64,000 nt of DNA from an uncultured delta proteobacterium. GTDB taxonomy: Bacteria > Desulfobacterota > Binatia > Binatales > Binataceae. Positions 9,963-20,910 of this stretch are shown here, in pieces. The first letter of the stretch is position 1; the number at the start of each line of letters is the position of its first letter. Where the stretch lies: the NCBI GenBank assembly GCA_963765675.1, contig CAVXXK010000001.1, positions 2,304,001 through 2,368,000 of the forward strand, given 5' to 3'. The position numbers and the translations under genes are program-made. The notes beneath the pieces were generated by a model that saw nothing but the letters and a program-made list of their open reading frames with translations, made no database searches and was not told where the DNA came from.

Positions 9963-11344
9963 AAAATCAATCTGGAAATGGAAACGTCTCGGCGACGGAA
10001 ACGCTCGACAGCGCTCTGGCTGAGTGGGTGCTGAGCGAAGCGAAAAAGCATGGCGCCAGCGCGGCCGAAGTGCTGTTCGTCGGTGCGGAGTCGCTGGCCG
10101 CAGGCGTGCGCCTGGGCGAAGTCGAAAAGCTCAAGAGCTCGCGCGAGCGGCGGCTCGGCGTGCGAGTTTTTGCCGGACAATCTTCGGCCACCGCGTCGAC
10201 CGCAGAGCTCGAGCGTGCGTCGCTGGCCGAGTTTATCGCCAACACCGTTACACTCGCGCGATTAACTGCGGCAGATCCGTGGGCGGGACTTCCCGAGGCC
10301 ACGATGCATCCGAAGTCAATTCCGGATCTCGGGCTCACCGATCCCGACGCGGGAATAATCGACGCCGATCGCGCGCTCGAAATCGCGCGCAAGGGCGAGA
10401 AAGCCGCGCTCGCCGCCGATCCGCGGATCAAGAATTCCGAAGGCGCAGAGTTCGACTCCGGCCGCTATCGGGTTCTGTTCGCCAACAGCAATGGGTTCGT
10501 CGGTGAGTACGAAGGCTCGTCGTTCAGCCTCGTGGTCGCGCCGATCGCGCAGGATGGCGGCGCGATGCAGCAGGGCTTCTGGTACACGTCGAATCGCCGC
10601 TTTGCGAAGCTCGAGGACGCCGAGGCCGTCGGCCTCACCGCCGCCAAACGAGCCCTGCGCCGCCTCGGTTCGCGCAAGGTTAAAACCACCCGAGTGCCGG
10701 TGGTATTCGATCCCGACATGGCCGCCGGACTGATTCGTTCGCTCGCGGGCGCCGCATCGGGTCCGTCGCTCTATAAGGGTGCGTCATTTTTGATCGATCA
10801 GCTGGGATCTCAGGTGATGGCGCCCGCAGTGTCGATTATTGACGACGCGCGGATGCCGGGAGCGCTCGGCTCGAAACCGTTCGACGGCGAGGGCCTCGCG
10901 ACCAATCGCAAGCATTTGGTCGAAAAAGGCGTGCTCAAAACTTACCTCCTCGATTGCTATTCGGCGCGCAAGCTTAAGCTGCAACCGACCGGCAACGCCT
11001 CGCGTTCGGTAGGGCAGGCGCCGACGGTCTCGACCACCAACCTCTATCTTGAAGCGGGCGCCTACACTCCAGAGCAGATAATCGGCTCGGTCAAGCAGGG
11101 TTTATATTTGACCGAACTCATCGGGTTCGGCGTCAATATGGTGACCGGTGATTATTCGCGCGGTGCGGGCGGTATGTGGATCGAAGACGGCCAACTCGCT
11201 TACCCGGTGCAGGAAATAACCATCGCAGGCAATCTGAAGGAGATGTTTCTGAACGTCGAGATGGTTGGAAACGATCTGCATTGGCGCTCGTCAACGGTTG
11301 CGCCGACAATCAAGATTTCCGAAATGACAATTGCTGGCGCATAA
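9959..11344 (+). CDS. pmbA: TldE/PmbA family protein
   Basis: SKPFDGEG, GVNMVTGDYSRGAGG, EITIAGNL; ATGA-coupled to tldD. Confidence 0.92.
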   Translation: MKNQSGNGNVSATETLDSALAEWVLSEAKKHGASAAEVLFVGAESLAAGVRLGEVEKLKSSRERRLGVRVFAGQSSATASTAELERASLAEFIANTVTLARLTAADPWAGLPEATMHPKSIPDLGLTDPDAGIIDADRALEIARKGEKAALAADPRIKNSEGAEFDSGRYRVLFANSNGFVGEYEGSSFSLVVAPIAQDGGAMQQGFWYTSNRRFAKLEDAEAVGLTAAKRALRRLGSRKVKTTRVPVVFDPDMAAGLIRSLAGAASGPSLYKGASFLIDQLGSQVMAPAVSIIDDARMPGALGSKPFDGEGLATNRKHLVEKGVLKTYLLDCYSARKLKLQPTGNASRSVGQAPTVSTTNLYLEAGAYTPEQIIGSVKQGLYLTELIGFGVNMVTGDYSRGAGGMWIEDGQLAYPVQEITIAGNLKEMFLNVEMVGNDLHWRSSTVAPTIKISEMTIAGA

Positions 11345-11552
11345 AGCGCGTTTTCGCTCAAGATTGCACCTCTTGACCGATTGCGCTGAATGTACTAACA
11401 AAGTGTAGGAATTTAGAGCTACCAGCACGTCGAACTGTTGATACTTACAGTAGCATCGGTTGGGCGGGTGTGGCGGAGCCGGTTGTCGGCAACCGCCGGG
11501 TAGCGGAGGTCACGAAAAAATGGGCGCCGCAATCAACTCAAGGGGTCGAAAT

Positions 11553-12341
11553 ATGAATGGTCCAGGAATGGAGCATCCTACTGACAAACTGCTCGCGCGG
11601 TTGGTGAGCTTGGGCTTGCCGCGCGTGGCAATCACCGCGCTGCTCGACAGGTACACTCCCGTCCGCTATCCGAAGGGCGCGCCACTGTTCGCAAAAGGCT
11701 CGCCCGCCGACGTTGTCTTCGCCGTGCTGAGCGGAGTGGTCAAGGTTCACAGCACCCGGCCCGGCAGCGACAAGATTTTGACCGAACTGGCGGGACCTGG
11801 GGATATCGTGGGGTACGCGGATTTCTCCGAGAGCTCGGGGGAACGCTCGCAGCTTTTCGAAGCCGAAGCGTTGACCGGATGCACGGTCGCGCTTTTCACC
11901 CGCCATCATATCGCCGAAGTGCTGAAGAGCCTCGACGGCGAGACGCTGTTGCATCTTGCCGAATCGATCAACTCGCTCTGGTCGTCGGTCGCATACCGGT
12001 ATGCAACCTTCCTGGGGATGTCGCTGCGGCAGCGGCTCGAGGTCGTACTCAACGAGCTGGCACTGCGCTTCGGCGTGCCCGACGCGCGCGGAGTGCTGCT
12101 CACACCCGAGCTCGCGCAGGAGGAGCTGGCAGAGATGATCGGCAGCTCGCGTCCGATGGTGTCGAAGCTGCTGATGGAGATGACGCAGCAGGGGCTGCTT
12201 GCTCGCGATGGCCGGCGGCGAATCCTGGTTGGCGTGCCGAAGTCGAATCTGTTGCCGTCGCTGCCGCTGTTCCGCACCAGCGCATCGGCGCCTGCGCCCG
12301 CCGTGGTGCGTCCGCCTGCGCGCGGTGCCGCAGTGGCATAG
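11553..12341 (+). CDS. Crp/Fnr family transcriptional regulator
   Basis: cNMP-binding-like N-domain (LFAKGSPAD..VLSGVVKV) and HTH QEELAEMIGSSRPMVSK; no FNR Cys cluster; start uncertain. Confidence 0.85.
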   Translation: MNGPGMEHPTDKLLARLVSLGLPRVAITALLDRYTPVRYPKGAPLFAKGSPADVVFAVLSGVVKVHSTRPGSDKILTELAGPGDIVGYADFSESSGERSQLFEAEALTGCTVALFTRHHIAEVLKSLDGETLLHLAESINSLWSSVAYRYATFLGMSLRQRLEVVLNELALRFGVPDARGVLLTPELAQEELAEMIGSSRPMVSKLLMEMTQQGLLARDGRRRILVGVPKSNLLPSLPLFRTSASAPAPAVVRPPARGAAVA

Positions 12342-12370
12342 CGATCCGAAACTGATATTCCCGCATTGAA

Positions 12371-12410
12371 AGGGGGGCGCGCGTCCGAGCCGGACGCGCG
12401 CTTCTTTTTT
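12371..12410 (+). terminator. Intrinsic terminator, possibly bidirectional
   Basis: GCGCGCGTCCG-AGC-CGGACGCGCGC followed by TTCTTTTTT, between convergent genes. Confidence 0.8.
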
Positions 12411-12416
12411 GGCTCG

Positions 12417-12947
12417 CTAATTCCGGCCCAAGATCGAAGCAACCAGGCGGACGATCGATCGCCACAGATTGATCAAGATTCCCTGGCGGGCGACGGTGCC
12501 GGCGGCTTCGGCCTTAAGCTCCGCGTCGGCGGCGGCAAAAAACTGCCCGAGCATCATCTTGGCCGCGCTATCAATCACGCGCTGGCCGACTTGCACCAAC
12601 GGTCCGCCGACCTGGATATCGCCGGCGTACCTGACGGTGGTGGATTTCGCGTCGCGCGCTTCGAGGTCCAAGGTTCCCGAGCCGCGGATAAAGCCCTGCT
12701 TGCCCTTGCCGTCGACGATCATCCGATAGTGCTCGGGCGGGCGTTGGTCTTCGAGCTTCAGTTTGCCGGAATAGACGCCTTTGACCGACGCGATACCGAC
12801 GTTGAGCGTACCGCCGTATTCGTCCGGGCCGAGCGTCTCGAGCTTTTCGCATCCGGGTATGAGCTTGGAGAGCCGCTCGGGATTGTTGAACAGTTCCCAC
12901 ACCCGTGCGCGCGGCCCCGACAAGACGGTTTCTCCAGCGAGCTTCAT
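12417..12947 (-). CDS. coxG: CoxG (SRPBCC) family protein with C-terminal amphipathic helix
   Basis: VWELFNNPERL..LIPGCE, VGQRVIDSAAK; position after coxM. Confidence 0.85.
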   Translation of the reverse strand: MKLAGETVLSGPRARVWELFNNPERLSKLIPGCEKLETLGPDEYGGTLNVGIASVKGVYSGKLKLEDQRPPEHYRMIVDGKGKQGFIRGSGTLDLEARDAKSTTVRYAGDIQVGGPLVQVGQRVIDSAAKMMLGQFFAAADAELKAEAAGTVARQGILINLWRSIVRLVASILGRN

Positions 12948-12992
12948 CTGCAGGTAGGCCGTTCCTTTCGATCCGATTTGAACCTAGCGGGC

Positions 12993-13859
12993 TCAGGGCC
13001 TGACGCGTGCAAATGTGTTTTCGAGGGCGCGGCGAGTATAAACACGCGCGAGTTCGGCACGGAAATCAGCAGAGGCGTGAATGTCCGCCAGTGCATCGAT
13101 ACCGTCGGCGGCGTGCGCGGCGGCCGCCGCGATTTCCTGGGCGGGCGCTTTACCCACCAGCGCGGCTTCGACCGCTTTGGCGCGAAACGGTTTCGGGCCG
13201 AGCCCGGTTATTCCGACGCGAACGTTTTCGCAGGCGCCGTTTTTCCCAAGCGCGACCATCGCCGCGACTCCGACAGTCGCGAACCCGGACGCGGGCTGCC
13301 GATGCTTCAAATATGCGAAGCCGCGTCCCGCCGGAATGGGCGCGAATGCAACCTGCGTCACGATCTCGCCGGAACGCACCGCCGTCGTCATCAGGTCGAG
13401 GAAGAAATCGTCGGCCTTGACGACTCGCGCGCCACCGGCGCCTTCGATTTTGATTTCAGCCTCGAGCGCCAGGACCGCCGCCGGATAGTCCGCCGCTGGA
13501 TCGGCGTGGGCGATCGAGCCGCCGATCGTTCCGCGGTTGCGCACCTGCACGTCGCCGATCATCGCGGCGCATTCGGCCAGCAGCCCAAGCTTCGCGCGGA
13601 CGAGGGGAGACGCCTCGACCGCCTGATGCGTCGTCATCGCGCCGATCAGAATTTTGCCGGATTCCTCCCGAATCGAAGCCAGCTCGCGCACCCCGCTGAT
13701 ATCGACCAAATGCGCGGGCTGCGCCAGGCGCAGCTTCATGATCGGGAGGAGGCTGTGGCCGCCCGCGATAAGCTTGCTGTCTTCGCCGTACTCCGAGAGC
13801 ATCGCGAGCGCCTCTTTCACGGAAGAAGCACGATGGTATTCGAACGCCGATGGATACAT
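12993..13859 (-). CDS. coxM: Molybdenum hydroxylase FAD subunit (CoxM-like)
   Basis: AGGHSLLPIMKLR, QVRNRGTIGGSIAHADPAAD. Confidence 0.9.
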   Translation of the reverse strand: MYPSAFEYHRASSVKEALAMLSEYGEDSKLIAGGHSLLPIMKLRLAQPAHLVDISGVRELASIREESGKILIGAMTTHQAVEASPLVRAKLGLLAECAAMIGDVQVRNRGTIGGSIAHADPAADYPAAVLALEAEIKIEGAGGARVVKADDFFLDLMTTAVRSGEIVTQVAFAPIPAGRGFAYLKHRQPASGFATVGVAAMVALGKNGACENVRVGITGLGPKPFRAKAVEAALVGKAPAQEIAAAAAHAADGIDALADIHASADFRAELARVYTRRALENTFARVRP

Positions 13860-13864
13860 TGCGG

Positions 13865-16207
13865 TTATGCCTTTGCCTTTGCGTCGCGAATCGCGCGCCA
13901 GACCGTCTCGGGCTTAAGCGGCATGTCGAGATGACGGATGCCGAGCGGGCTGAGCGCGTCGAGCACCGCGTTGACCACACACGGTGTCGAACCGATGGTT
14001 CCGGCTTCGCCCACGCCTTTGACGCCGAGCGGATTTACCGGTGACGGCGTGACCGTCGAGGCCAACTCATAGTGCGGCAGCATGTTGGCCTTGGGCACCG
14101 CGTAGTCCATTAGGGTCGCGGTGATTAGCTGTCCGTTCTCGTCGTAAACGATTTCCTCATATAGCGCCTGCGCGATACCCTGCGCGATTCCGCCGTGAAT
14201 TTGTCCTTCGACCAGAAGCGGACTCAGGATTCTGCCGCAATCATCCACTGCGACGTAGCGCAGAAACTTTGTCACCCCGGTTTGAGGATCGACTTCGACC
14301 ACCGCGACGTGGGTGCCGAAGGGAAAGGTGCAGTTGGCAGGCTCGTAGAAGCTGGTCGCATCGAGTCCAGGTTCGAGGCCCGGAAACGGCTGCTTGTATC
14401 CGTATGCGGCATCGACGATTTGCTGCAGTGCGATCGATTTCGACGGATCGGATCCAAGCGCGATTGTCCGATTGTTGAAGATCAGGCTGTCGGGCGGCAC
14501 TTCCATCATCGTAGAGGCGATCTGTTTCATCTTCGCCTGCAGCTTCCCGACCGAGAGCATCAGCGCGGGACCGCCGACCGTAGTGCCGCGGCTCCCGAAG
14601 GTGCCGATCCCGTACTGCACGATCGCGGTGTCGCCATGTACGACATTGACGTCATCGATATCGATTCCGAACGCGTCGGCGACGAGCTGCGCGAACGTAG
14701 TTTCCTGGCCCTGGCCGTGGGGCGAAACGCCGGTCAGCACCGTGACTTTGCAATCTGGCTCGATCCTGACAGTCGAGCTTTCCCATCCTCCGCCCTTGAG
14801 CTTGGGCGGCAGCAGCGAGGACGGACCGATTCCGCAAATCTCGACGTACGAGGCGATTCCGATTCCGAGATACCGGCCATGCTTGCGCGCCTCGGCCTGC
14901 TCGGCGCGAACTTTTTTGTAATCGATGATATCGAGCGCCTTCGTGAGCGCGAGATCGTAGTCGCCCGAGTCATAGACCAGTCCGCCCGCGGTCGATGCGG
15001 GAAATGATTCCTTGGCGATGAAATTCTTGCGCCGCACCTCGGCCGGGTCGAGACCGAATTCGCCCGCGACCATGTCCATGATGCGCTCGGCGATGTACGC
15101 GGCCTCGGGACGTCCAGCGCCGCGATACGCGTCGGTGGCCATCTTGTTGGTGAAGACCATCTGTTGATCAAATGACAGCGCCGGGATTTTGTAGCACCCC
15201 GTCATCATCAAGCCTGAGAAACCCGGAATCGCGGGCGTCAGGAGTTGCAGGTACGCGCCCATATCACAGATGAATTTCGCTTTAACGGCGTTTACGGTGC
15301 CGTCTTTTTGCGCGGCCACTTCCAGGTACGCGATCTGATCGCGTCCGTGCGTGGTGCCCGAGAGATTCTCGCGGCGCCGCTCGATCCACTTGATCGGTTT
15401 GTTGAGCGACATCGCCAGGTAAGCGACCAGCGCTTCTTCCGCGTAAACGTTGAGCTTGGCGCCGAAGCCGCCGCCGACCTCAGGCGCGATCACGCGGATC
15501 TTGTTTTCGCCGAGCTTGAGCTGCTCGGCGAGTTGCGAGCGCAGCAGATGCGGAATCTGGGTCGAGGACCACACCGTCAACTGCTTGTATCCGGCCTCCC
15601 ACTTGGCGACTGTTCCCCGCGGCTCCATCGGAACCGCCGCGAGGCGCTGATTGTAGATGCGGAACTTGATGATCTTGTCCGCGCGGCGCATCGCGTCGTC
15701 GACTGCCGGATTCGCCACGTTCGCGAGCGTAACCGAGTTGGAGCCAAATTCCTCGTGCAGGATCGGCGCCCCCGGATCAAGCGCCTTTTCCGGATCAATC
15801 ACTGCGTCGAGCGGTTCGTAGTCGACCTCGATCAGATCGAGCGCATCCTGCGCGACGTAGGGCGACGGCGCCACGGCGACTGCAACTCCTTCGCCGATGA
15901 AGCGGACTTTTCCCTGCGCGAGGACAGGATGGAACGGCACGTGATCGGCCGGCGCGACGCACGGCACGCCGCCAATTTTGTCCTTCAGATCGACGCCGGA
16001 AATGACGCATACAACTCCTTTGAGCGCGCGTGCCTTTTCGAGGTTGATCGAATTGATTTTCGCGTGCGCGTACGGGCTTCTCAGGACTACAGCACTCAGC
16101 ATTCCAGGAATCCGCACGTCATCGACGTAGGTTCCGGTGCCCGTTACCAGGCGCGGATCCTCGCGACGCTTGATTCGCTCGCCCACAAATTTCGGTATTA
16201 CCGCCAT
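13865..16207 (-). CDS. coxL: Molybdenum hydroxylase large subunit, form II CoxL-like (AYRGAGR)
   Basis: VGGGFGAK, AYRGAGRPEA, HGQGQET, GVKGVGEAG. Confidence 0.85.
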   Translation of the reverse strand: MAVIPKFVGERIKRREDPRLVTGTGTYVDDVRIPGMLSAVVLRSPYAHAKINSINLEKARALKGVVCVISGVDLKDKIGGVPCVAPADHVPFHPVLAQGKVRFIGEGVAVAVAPSPYVAQDALDLIEVDYEPLDAVIDPEKALDPGAPILHEEFGSNSVTLANVANPAVDDAMRRADKIIKFRIYNQRLAAVPMEPRGTVAKWEAGYKQLTVWSSTQIPHLLRSQLAEQLKLGENKIRVIAPEVGGGFGAKLNVYAEEALVAYLAMSLNKPIKWIERRRENLSGTTHGRDQIAYLEVAAQKDGTVNAVKAKFICDMGAYLQLLTPAIPGFSGLMMTGCYKIPALSFDQQMVFTNKMATDAYRGAGRPEAAYIAERIMDMVAGEFGLDPAEVRRKNFIAKESFPASTAGGLVYDSGDYDLALTKALDIIDYKKVRAEQAEARKHGRYLGIGIASYVEICGIGPSSLLPPKLKGGGWESSTVRIEPDCKVTVLTGVSPHGQGQETTFAQLVADAFGIDIDDVNVVHGDTAIVQYGIGTFGSRGTTVGGPALMLSVGKLQAKMKQIASTMMEVPPDSLIFNNRTIALGSDPSKSIALQQIVDAAYGYKQPFPGLEPGLDATSFYEPANCTFPFGTHVAVVEVDPQTGVTKFLRYVAVDDCGRILSPLLVEGQIHGGIAQGIAQALYEEIVYDENGQLITATLMDYAVPKANMLPHYELASTVTPSPVNPLGVKGVGEAGTIGSTPCVVNAVLDALSPLGIRHLDMPLKPETVWRAIRDAKAKA

Positions 16208-16219
16208 CGGAGTCCTCGC

Positions 16220-16696
16220 CTACGCTGCCTGCTTTTCGCGCAGTTTTCGCGCCGCCGACTGGATCGCGTTCACGATATGCTGATAGCCAGTGCATCGGCA
16301 CAGATTGCCCTCGAGGGCCTCGCGAATCTCGGCGTCGCTCGGGTTCGGGTTGCGACCCAGCAGGTCCGCCGCCGTCATGATCATCCCCGGTGTGCAATAG
16401 CCACATTGGAGGCCATGCTCCTCCCAGAAGCCCTCCTGGAGCGGATGCATCACGGCGCCATCGGCGAGGCCCTCGATCGTCGTGAGCGCGGCGCCCTCGG
16501 CCTGGAGTGCCAGAATCGTGCATGATTTCACGGCCCGGCCATCCAGGTGGATCGTGCACGCGCCGCAAAGCGACGTTTCGCAACCGACGTGAGTACCGGT
16601 AAGGCCTGCGGTTTCGCGGATGTAGTGGACCAGCAGCATGCGGGGATCGATATCGTCCTCACGCTGCTCTCCGTTGATGGTAAGGTTCAGGCGCAT
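16220..16696 (-). CDS. coxS: 2x[2Fe-2S] small subunit (CoxS-like)
   Basis: [28 protein letters not shown]; likely start MRLNLTING. Confidence 0.9.
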   Translation of the reverse strand: MRLNLTINGEQREDDIDPRMLLVHYIRETAGLTGTHVGCETSLCGACTIHLDGRAVKSCTILALQAEGAALTTIEGLADGAVMHPLQEGFWEEHGLQCGYCTPGMIMTAADLLGRNPNPSDAEIREALEGNLCRCTGYQHIVNAIQSAARKLREKQAA

Positions 16697-16816
16697 GTGT
16701 TGTCTCTCCGTTGGACGCAGACTTACCAAATCACCGCGAAAACGGCCAACGCGAACCGCACGCGACCGCAGGTAAATGCTTGCCAAAAGTGACGCGATGG
16801 TTACCTTTGAAGGTGG

Positions 16817-19432
16817 ATGAACGCAAATCGATTCACCGAAAAGCTTCAGGAAGCGCTCGGACGAGCGCAGAACGCGGCCCTTGCAGCGCATAACCAGGCC
16901 GTCGATGTTGAGCATCTGCTGGCGGCGTTGCTCGAAGACAACGACGGTCTTGGCAGCTCGATCCTGAGCCTGGCCGGAGTCGATCGTGTCGCCGTTCAGA
17001 GCAAGCTTGCAGCCGAGCTCAAGAAGATTCCACAGGTCACCGGCGGCGGCTCCGATTCGGCGCAGGTCTATGCGACCCAGCGCCTGGGCCGCGTGCTATC
17101 GCGGGCGGAGCAGGAGGCGGGCAAGCTCAAGGACGACTACGTGTCCGTCGAGCATGTCCTGATCGCGATTCTCGACGAACCCGGCGCCGCGGCAAAGATA
17201 CTGCGCGAAACGGGCCTGACGCATGACAAGCTGATGGCGACGCTCAAGCAGGTGCGCGGAAACCAGCGCGTCACTTCGGCGAATCCGGAGGCGACTTACC
17301 AGTCGCTCGAAAAATATGGCCGCGATCTGACCAAGCTTGCCTCGCAAGGCAAGGTTGATCCTGTCATCGGACGCGACGAAGAGATTCGGCGCGTGATCCA
17401 GGTGCTGTCGCGCAGGACCAAAAATAATCCCGTGCTGATCGGAGAACCCGGCGTTGGCAAGACCGCAATCGTCGAGGGGCTTGCGCAGCGTATTGTGCGC
17501 GGCGACGTTCCCGAGGGGCTGAAGAACCGCAAAGTCGTCGCGCTGGATATGGGCGCGCTAATCGCCGGGGCGAAGTTTCGCGGCGAATTCGAAGAGCGGC
17601 TCAAAGCGGTACTAAAGGAAGTGCAGGATGCGGCCGGCGAGGTGATCCTGTTTATCGACGAGCTGCATACCGTCGTCGGCGCAGGCGCCGCGGAAGGTGC
17701 GATGGACGCGTCGAATCTGCTGAAGCCGATGCTCGCGCGCGGAGAACTGCACTGCATCGGTGCGACCACGCTCAACGAGTATCGCAAATATATTGAGAAA
17801 GACGCGGCGCTCGAGCGGCGCTTTCAGCCGGTGATGGTCAATGAGCCGAGCGTCGAGGACACCATATCGATCCTGCGCGGATTAAAAGAACGCTACGAGG
17901 TCCATCACGGGATCCGGATCAAGGATTCGGCGCTGGTGACCGCAGCGATTTTGTCCAAGCGCTATATCACCGACCGTTTTCTGCCCGACAAGGCGATCGA
18001 CCTGGTCGATGAAGCCGCGGCCAAGCTGCGCACTGAAAAAGAATCGATGCCGGTTGAGCTGGACGAAGTCAATCGCCGCGTGATGCAGCTCGAGATCGAG
18101 CGGCAGGCGCTCAAGCGCGAGACCGACGCGGCGTCGAAAGATCGTCTTGATCGGCTCGAGAAAGAACTCGCCGAAGCCAACGAGAAGCGCTCGGCGCTTC
18201 AGGCCCAATGGCAGAGCGAAAAAGGCGGCCTCGAAAATCTTTCGAAAATCAAAGCCGAGATCGAGCAGACCCGCCTCGCGATCGAAAAAGCCAAGCGCGA
18301 GTACGATCTCAACAAGGTCGCTGAGCTTCAATACGGCAAGCTCGCCGGGCTTGAAAAGGCGCTCGCCGCCGACGAAGGCAAGCTCGCCAAACAGCCCGGC
18401 GGCGCCGATCGGCTGATCAAAGAAGAAGTGGATGAAGACGATATCGCGGAAGTGGTTTCGCGATGGACCCACATCCCGGTCGCGCGCCTGCTGGAAGGCG
18501 AAATGCAGAAGCTGGTGCATCTCGAAGAGCATCTGCACAAGCGCGTCATCGGCCAGGACGAGGCGGTCTCCGCCGTCGCCGACGCGGTGGTTCGCGCACG
18601 TGCGGGACTCAAAGATCCCAATCGTCCGATCGGATCGTTTATCTTTCTCGGACCGACTGGAGTCGGCAAAACCGAACTGGCGCGCGCTCTGGCCGAATTT
18701 CTGTTCGATGACGAGTCCGCGATGATCCGGATCGACATGTCCGAATACATGGAGAAGCACACCGTCTCACGCCTGGTCGGCGCGCCTCCGGGGTACGTCG
18801 GCTACGATGAAGGCGGGCAGCTCACCGAAGCGGTGCGGCGCCGCCCGTATTCCGTAATCCTGTTCGACGAGATCGAGAAAGCCCACAGCGACGTATTCAA
18901 CATCCTGCTCCAGCTTCTTGACGACGGACGCCTCACCGACGGTCACGGACGCACGGTCGATTTCCGCAACTGCGTCGTGATCATGACGTCGAATATCGCA
19001 AGTCAGCTCATCCTGGGATTCAAGGGCCAGGACTACGACAAGATGAAGGCCGAGTGCCTCGACGTGCTGCGTCAGAGTTTTCGGCCCGAGTTCTTAAACC
19101 GCGTGGACGAGATCGTGGTGTTCCATCCGCTCGCGCGCGACGAACTTCGCAAGATCGTTGAGGTCCAGCTAGGCCGGCTGCGCAAGCGGCTCGAGGATCG
19201 CAAGATTACGATCGAGCTGACCTCCAAGGCGCTCGACTACCTGGCCGAGCACGGCTACGACCCGTCGTATGGCGCTCGCCCGCTGAAGCGCCTCATCCAG
19301 AGCGAGCTCGAGACCGCGCTCGCGCGCAAGATCCTCACCAGCGAGATTCGCGACGGCTCGAAGGTTATCGTCGACGCGACCGGCCGCGGGCTGGGATTCA
19401 AGAGCGAACCGCTGCCGTCCGCCGCGGCCTGA
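16817..19432 (+). CDS. clpB: ATP-dependent disaggregase ClpB
   Basis: Two AAA modules ([16 protein letters not shown]), long M-domain, GAPPGYVGY; 871 aa. Confidence 0.97.
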   Translation: MNANRFTEKLQEALGRAQNAALAAHNQAVDVEHLLAALLEDNDGLGSSILSLAGVDRVAVQSKLAAELKKIPQVTGGGSDSAQVYATQRLGRVLSRAEQEAGKLKDDYVSVEHVLIAILDEPGAAAKILRETGLTHDKLMATLKQVRGNQRVTSANPEATYQSLEKYGRDLTKLASQGKVDPVIGRDEEIRRVIQVLSRRTKNNPVLIGEPGVGKTAIVEGLAQRIVRGDVPEGLKNRKVVALDMGALIAGAKFRGEFEERLKAVLKEVQDAAGEVILFIDELHTVVGAGAAEGAMDASNLLKPMLARGELHCIGATTLNEYRKYIEKDAALERRFQPVMVNEPSVEDTISILRGLKERYEVHHGIRIKDSALVTAAILSKRYITDRFLPDKAIDLVDEAAAKLRTEKESMPVELDEVNRRVMQLEIERQALKRETDAASKDRLDRLEKELAEANEKRSALQAQWQSEKGGLENLSKIKAEIEQTRLAIEKAKREYDLNKVAELQYGKLAGLEKALAADEGKLAKQPGGADRLIKEEVDEDDIAEVVSRWTHIPVARLLEGEMQKLVHLEEHLHKRVIGQDEAVSAVADAVVRARAGLKDPNRPIGSFIFLGPTGVGKTELARALAEFLFDDESAMIRIDMSEYMEKHTVSRLVGAPPGYVGYDEGGQLTEAVRRRPYSVILFDEIEKAHSDVFNILLQLLDDGRLTDGHGRTVDFRNCVVIMTSNIASQLILGFKGQDYDKMKAECLDVLRQSFRPEFLNRVDEIVVFHPLARDELRKIVEVQLGRLRKRLEDRKITIELTSKALDYLAEHGYDPSYGARPLKRLIQSELETALARKILTSEIRDGSKVIVDATGRGLGFKSEPLPSAAA

Positions 19433-19476
19433 TCCGCAGTCCGCGGCCGGGCCACAGATTCATCGCAAATCCTAAT

Positions 19477-19505
19477 GGAGCGGAGGCTCTTGCTTCCGCT
19501 CTTCT
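19477..19505 (+). terminator. Possible terminator after clpB
   Basis: GAGCGGAGGC-TCTT-GCTTCCGCTC hairpin with a short T-rich tail. Confidence 0.5.
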
Positions 19506-19648
19506 AATGTCTATACTTAAGACAGAATGATTGTGCAGACGCTGTGTTATTAGTATTTATAATATCAAATTGAAGTTGCGATCGTCCTTTTCGATTCACT
19601 CAAGCGGAAAAGTCCCGCAATTTCGGCCAGTTTTTAGAGGTTTGCCAA

Positions 19649-20104
19649 ATGGCTAGCGGAATTATCGATCTGAGTCTCAGGCCCTCGACCCGTCTGACGC
19701 CAGCGCGCCTGTGGCTGCGTATCGCCGTGATTCTAGTCGCAATCGGCGCGATCCTGGCGCTCGCGTTCCTGCCCGACCCTGCCGGCGCCACCACGGCGCC
19801 GGTCGTCATCAAGATGGCGGATACTCCTGCGGTCTACGAACCAGCGCACGTGAGCGTAAAGGTTGGCGAGCCGGTCCAATGGATCAATACCGGGAAGTCG
19901 GTTCATTCGGTGACCCTGGTGCCCGACGACGCGCAGAACCCAAAGGACGCTTCCGAGCCCGCCGGCGCCAAGACCTTTGACTCAGGCTTCATGCCGCCGG
20001 GCGGAACTTTCAGCTACACATTCACCGTTCCGGGGACGTATCATTACTTTTGCGTTCCCCACGAAAAGGCGGGTATGGTCGGTGTTGTGACGGTGAAGAA
20101 GTAG
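19649..20104 (+). CDS. Membrane-anchored or exported cupredoxin (plastocyanin/azurin family)
   Basis: N-terminal hydrophobic helix; HSVT ... YFCVPHEKAGM type-1 Cu ligands (H, C, H, M). Confidence 0.9.
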   Translation: MASGIIDLSLRPSTRLTPARLWLRIAVILVAIGAILALAFLPDPAGATTAPVVIKMADTPAVYEPAHVSVKVGEPVQWINTGKSVHSVTLVPDDAQNPKDASEPAGAKTFDSGFMPPGGTFSYTFTVPGTYHYFCVPHEKAGMVGVVTVKK

Positions 20105-20116
20105 AGAGTTCGAGCC

Positions 20117-20683
20117 TTGAAGAACCGGGGTGGGTTGATAAGTCCGCGGCGCGTGCATCAAGCGTTGTGCGCGTCGATCGTCTTCTGCGGAGTGCTGGCC
20201 CTTTCAGCGGGCGCGGCGTGGTCGTTTCCATGGAGTATCGATATGTATCGCGGCGATGCGGTGCAGCCACTGTCTCGTGCTCCGCGCGTGATGCCGGACG
20301 ACACGATGCCTGTGGATCGCGGTGAGCCACCGATGACGCTTGAAGCGATGACGGTGAAGATGAAAAATCCGTACACCGCGACTCCGAAAGATCTCGCGCA
20401 CGGCAAAGAATTGTTCATGAACAATTGCGCGCCATGCCACGGCGAGAACGCGACCGGCGACGGTCCGGTTGCGCATCTGCTGCATGATCCGCCCAAGAAT
20501 CTGGTTTCCGGCACCAGCAAAGATCTTCCTGACGGATATATCTACGGAGTGATTCGCGACGGGATTTTGCTGATGCCCTCGTACGACGACGCGATGTCGG
20601 CGCACGAGCGGTGGGACGTTGTGATGTACGTGCGCTCGCTGCAGCAGGCTGGCAGCGCGGCGGCAAAGACCGCCTCAAAATAG
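20117..20683 (+). CDS. Monoheme cytochrome c (ActE-like)
   Basis: Signal peptide, CAPCHG, MPSY...ERWDVVMYVRSLQ. Confidence 0.85.
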   Translation: MKNRGGLISPRRVHQALCASIVFCGVLALSAGAAWSFPWSIDMYRGDAVQPLSRAPRVMPDDTMPVDRGEPPMTLEAMTVKMKNPYTATPKDLAHGKELFMNNCAPCHGENATGDGPVAHLLHDPPKNLVSGTSKDLPDGYIYGVIRDGILLMPSYDDAMSAHERWDVVMYVRSLQQAGSAAAKTASK

Positions 20684-20806
20684 CTATCGTCTCGTAGCTT
20701 GTCGGCCATTTCTGGGGACCCCGGCTCGCACTTCCGAGCAGATGCTCCTTGCGCTTGTTTGCGCATCACACAGCGGCTTTTACGCTAAACAATCGTTAAC
20801 AATTTT

Positions 20807-20822
20807 TGGCGCGCACGATGCT
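20807..20822 (+). promoter_or_regulatory. Candidate sigma-54 (-24/-12) promoter of the RND operon
   Basis: TGGCGC-GCACG-ATGCT, giving GG-N10-GC spacing. Confidence 0.4.
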
Positions 20823-20910
20823 TCCGCGCGTTGCTCTAAACCTGTTTAATTAGGTTTGTGTTGGGGTTTCGAGCGGGCACATATGCTCGGCTTGGAGGCG
20901 CGTTCGGAGA

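Noticed and set aside
8514-11344. TldD/E as part of a RiPP cluster
   Set aside because: No precursor peptide, YcaO or RiPP transporter nearby; looks like the housekeeping pair
12366-13934. 522-aa plus-strand ORF, and similar long shadows (927..1988, 31996..33342, 36440..37915, 42806..44638)
   Set aside because: Each lies antisense to a well-supported gene and has no recognisable domain
13865-16207. Bona fide form I CO dehydrogenase
   Set aside because: Lacks the AYxCSFR motif and the M-S-L gene order
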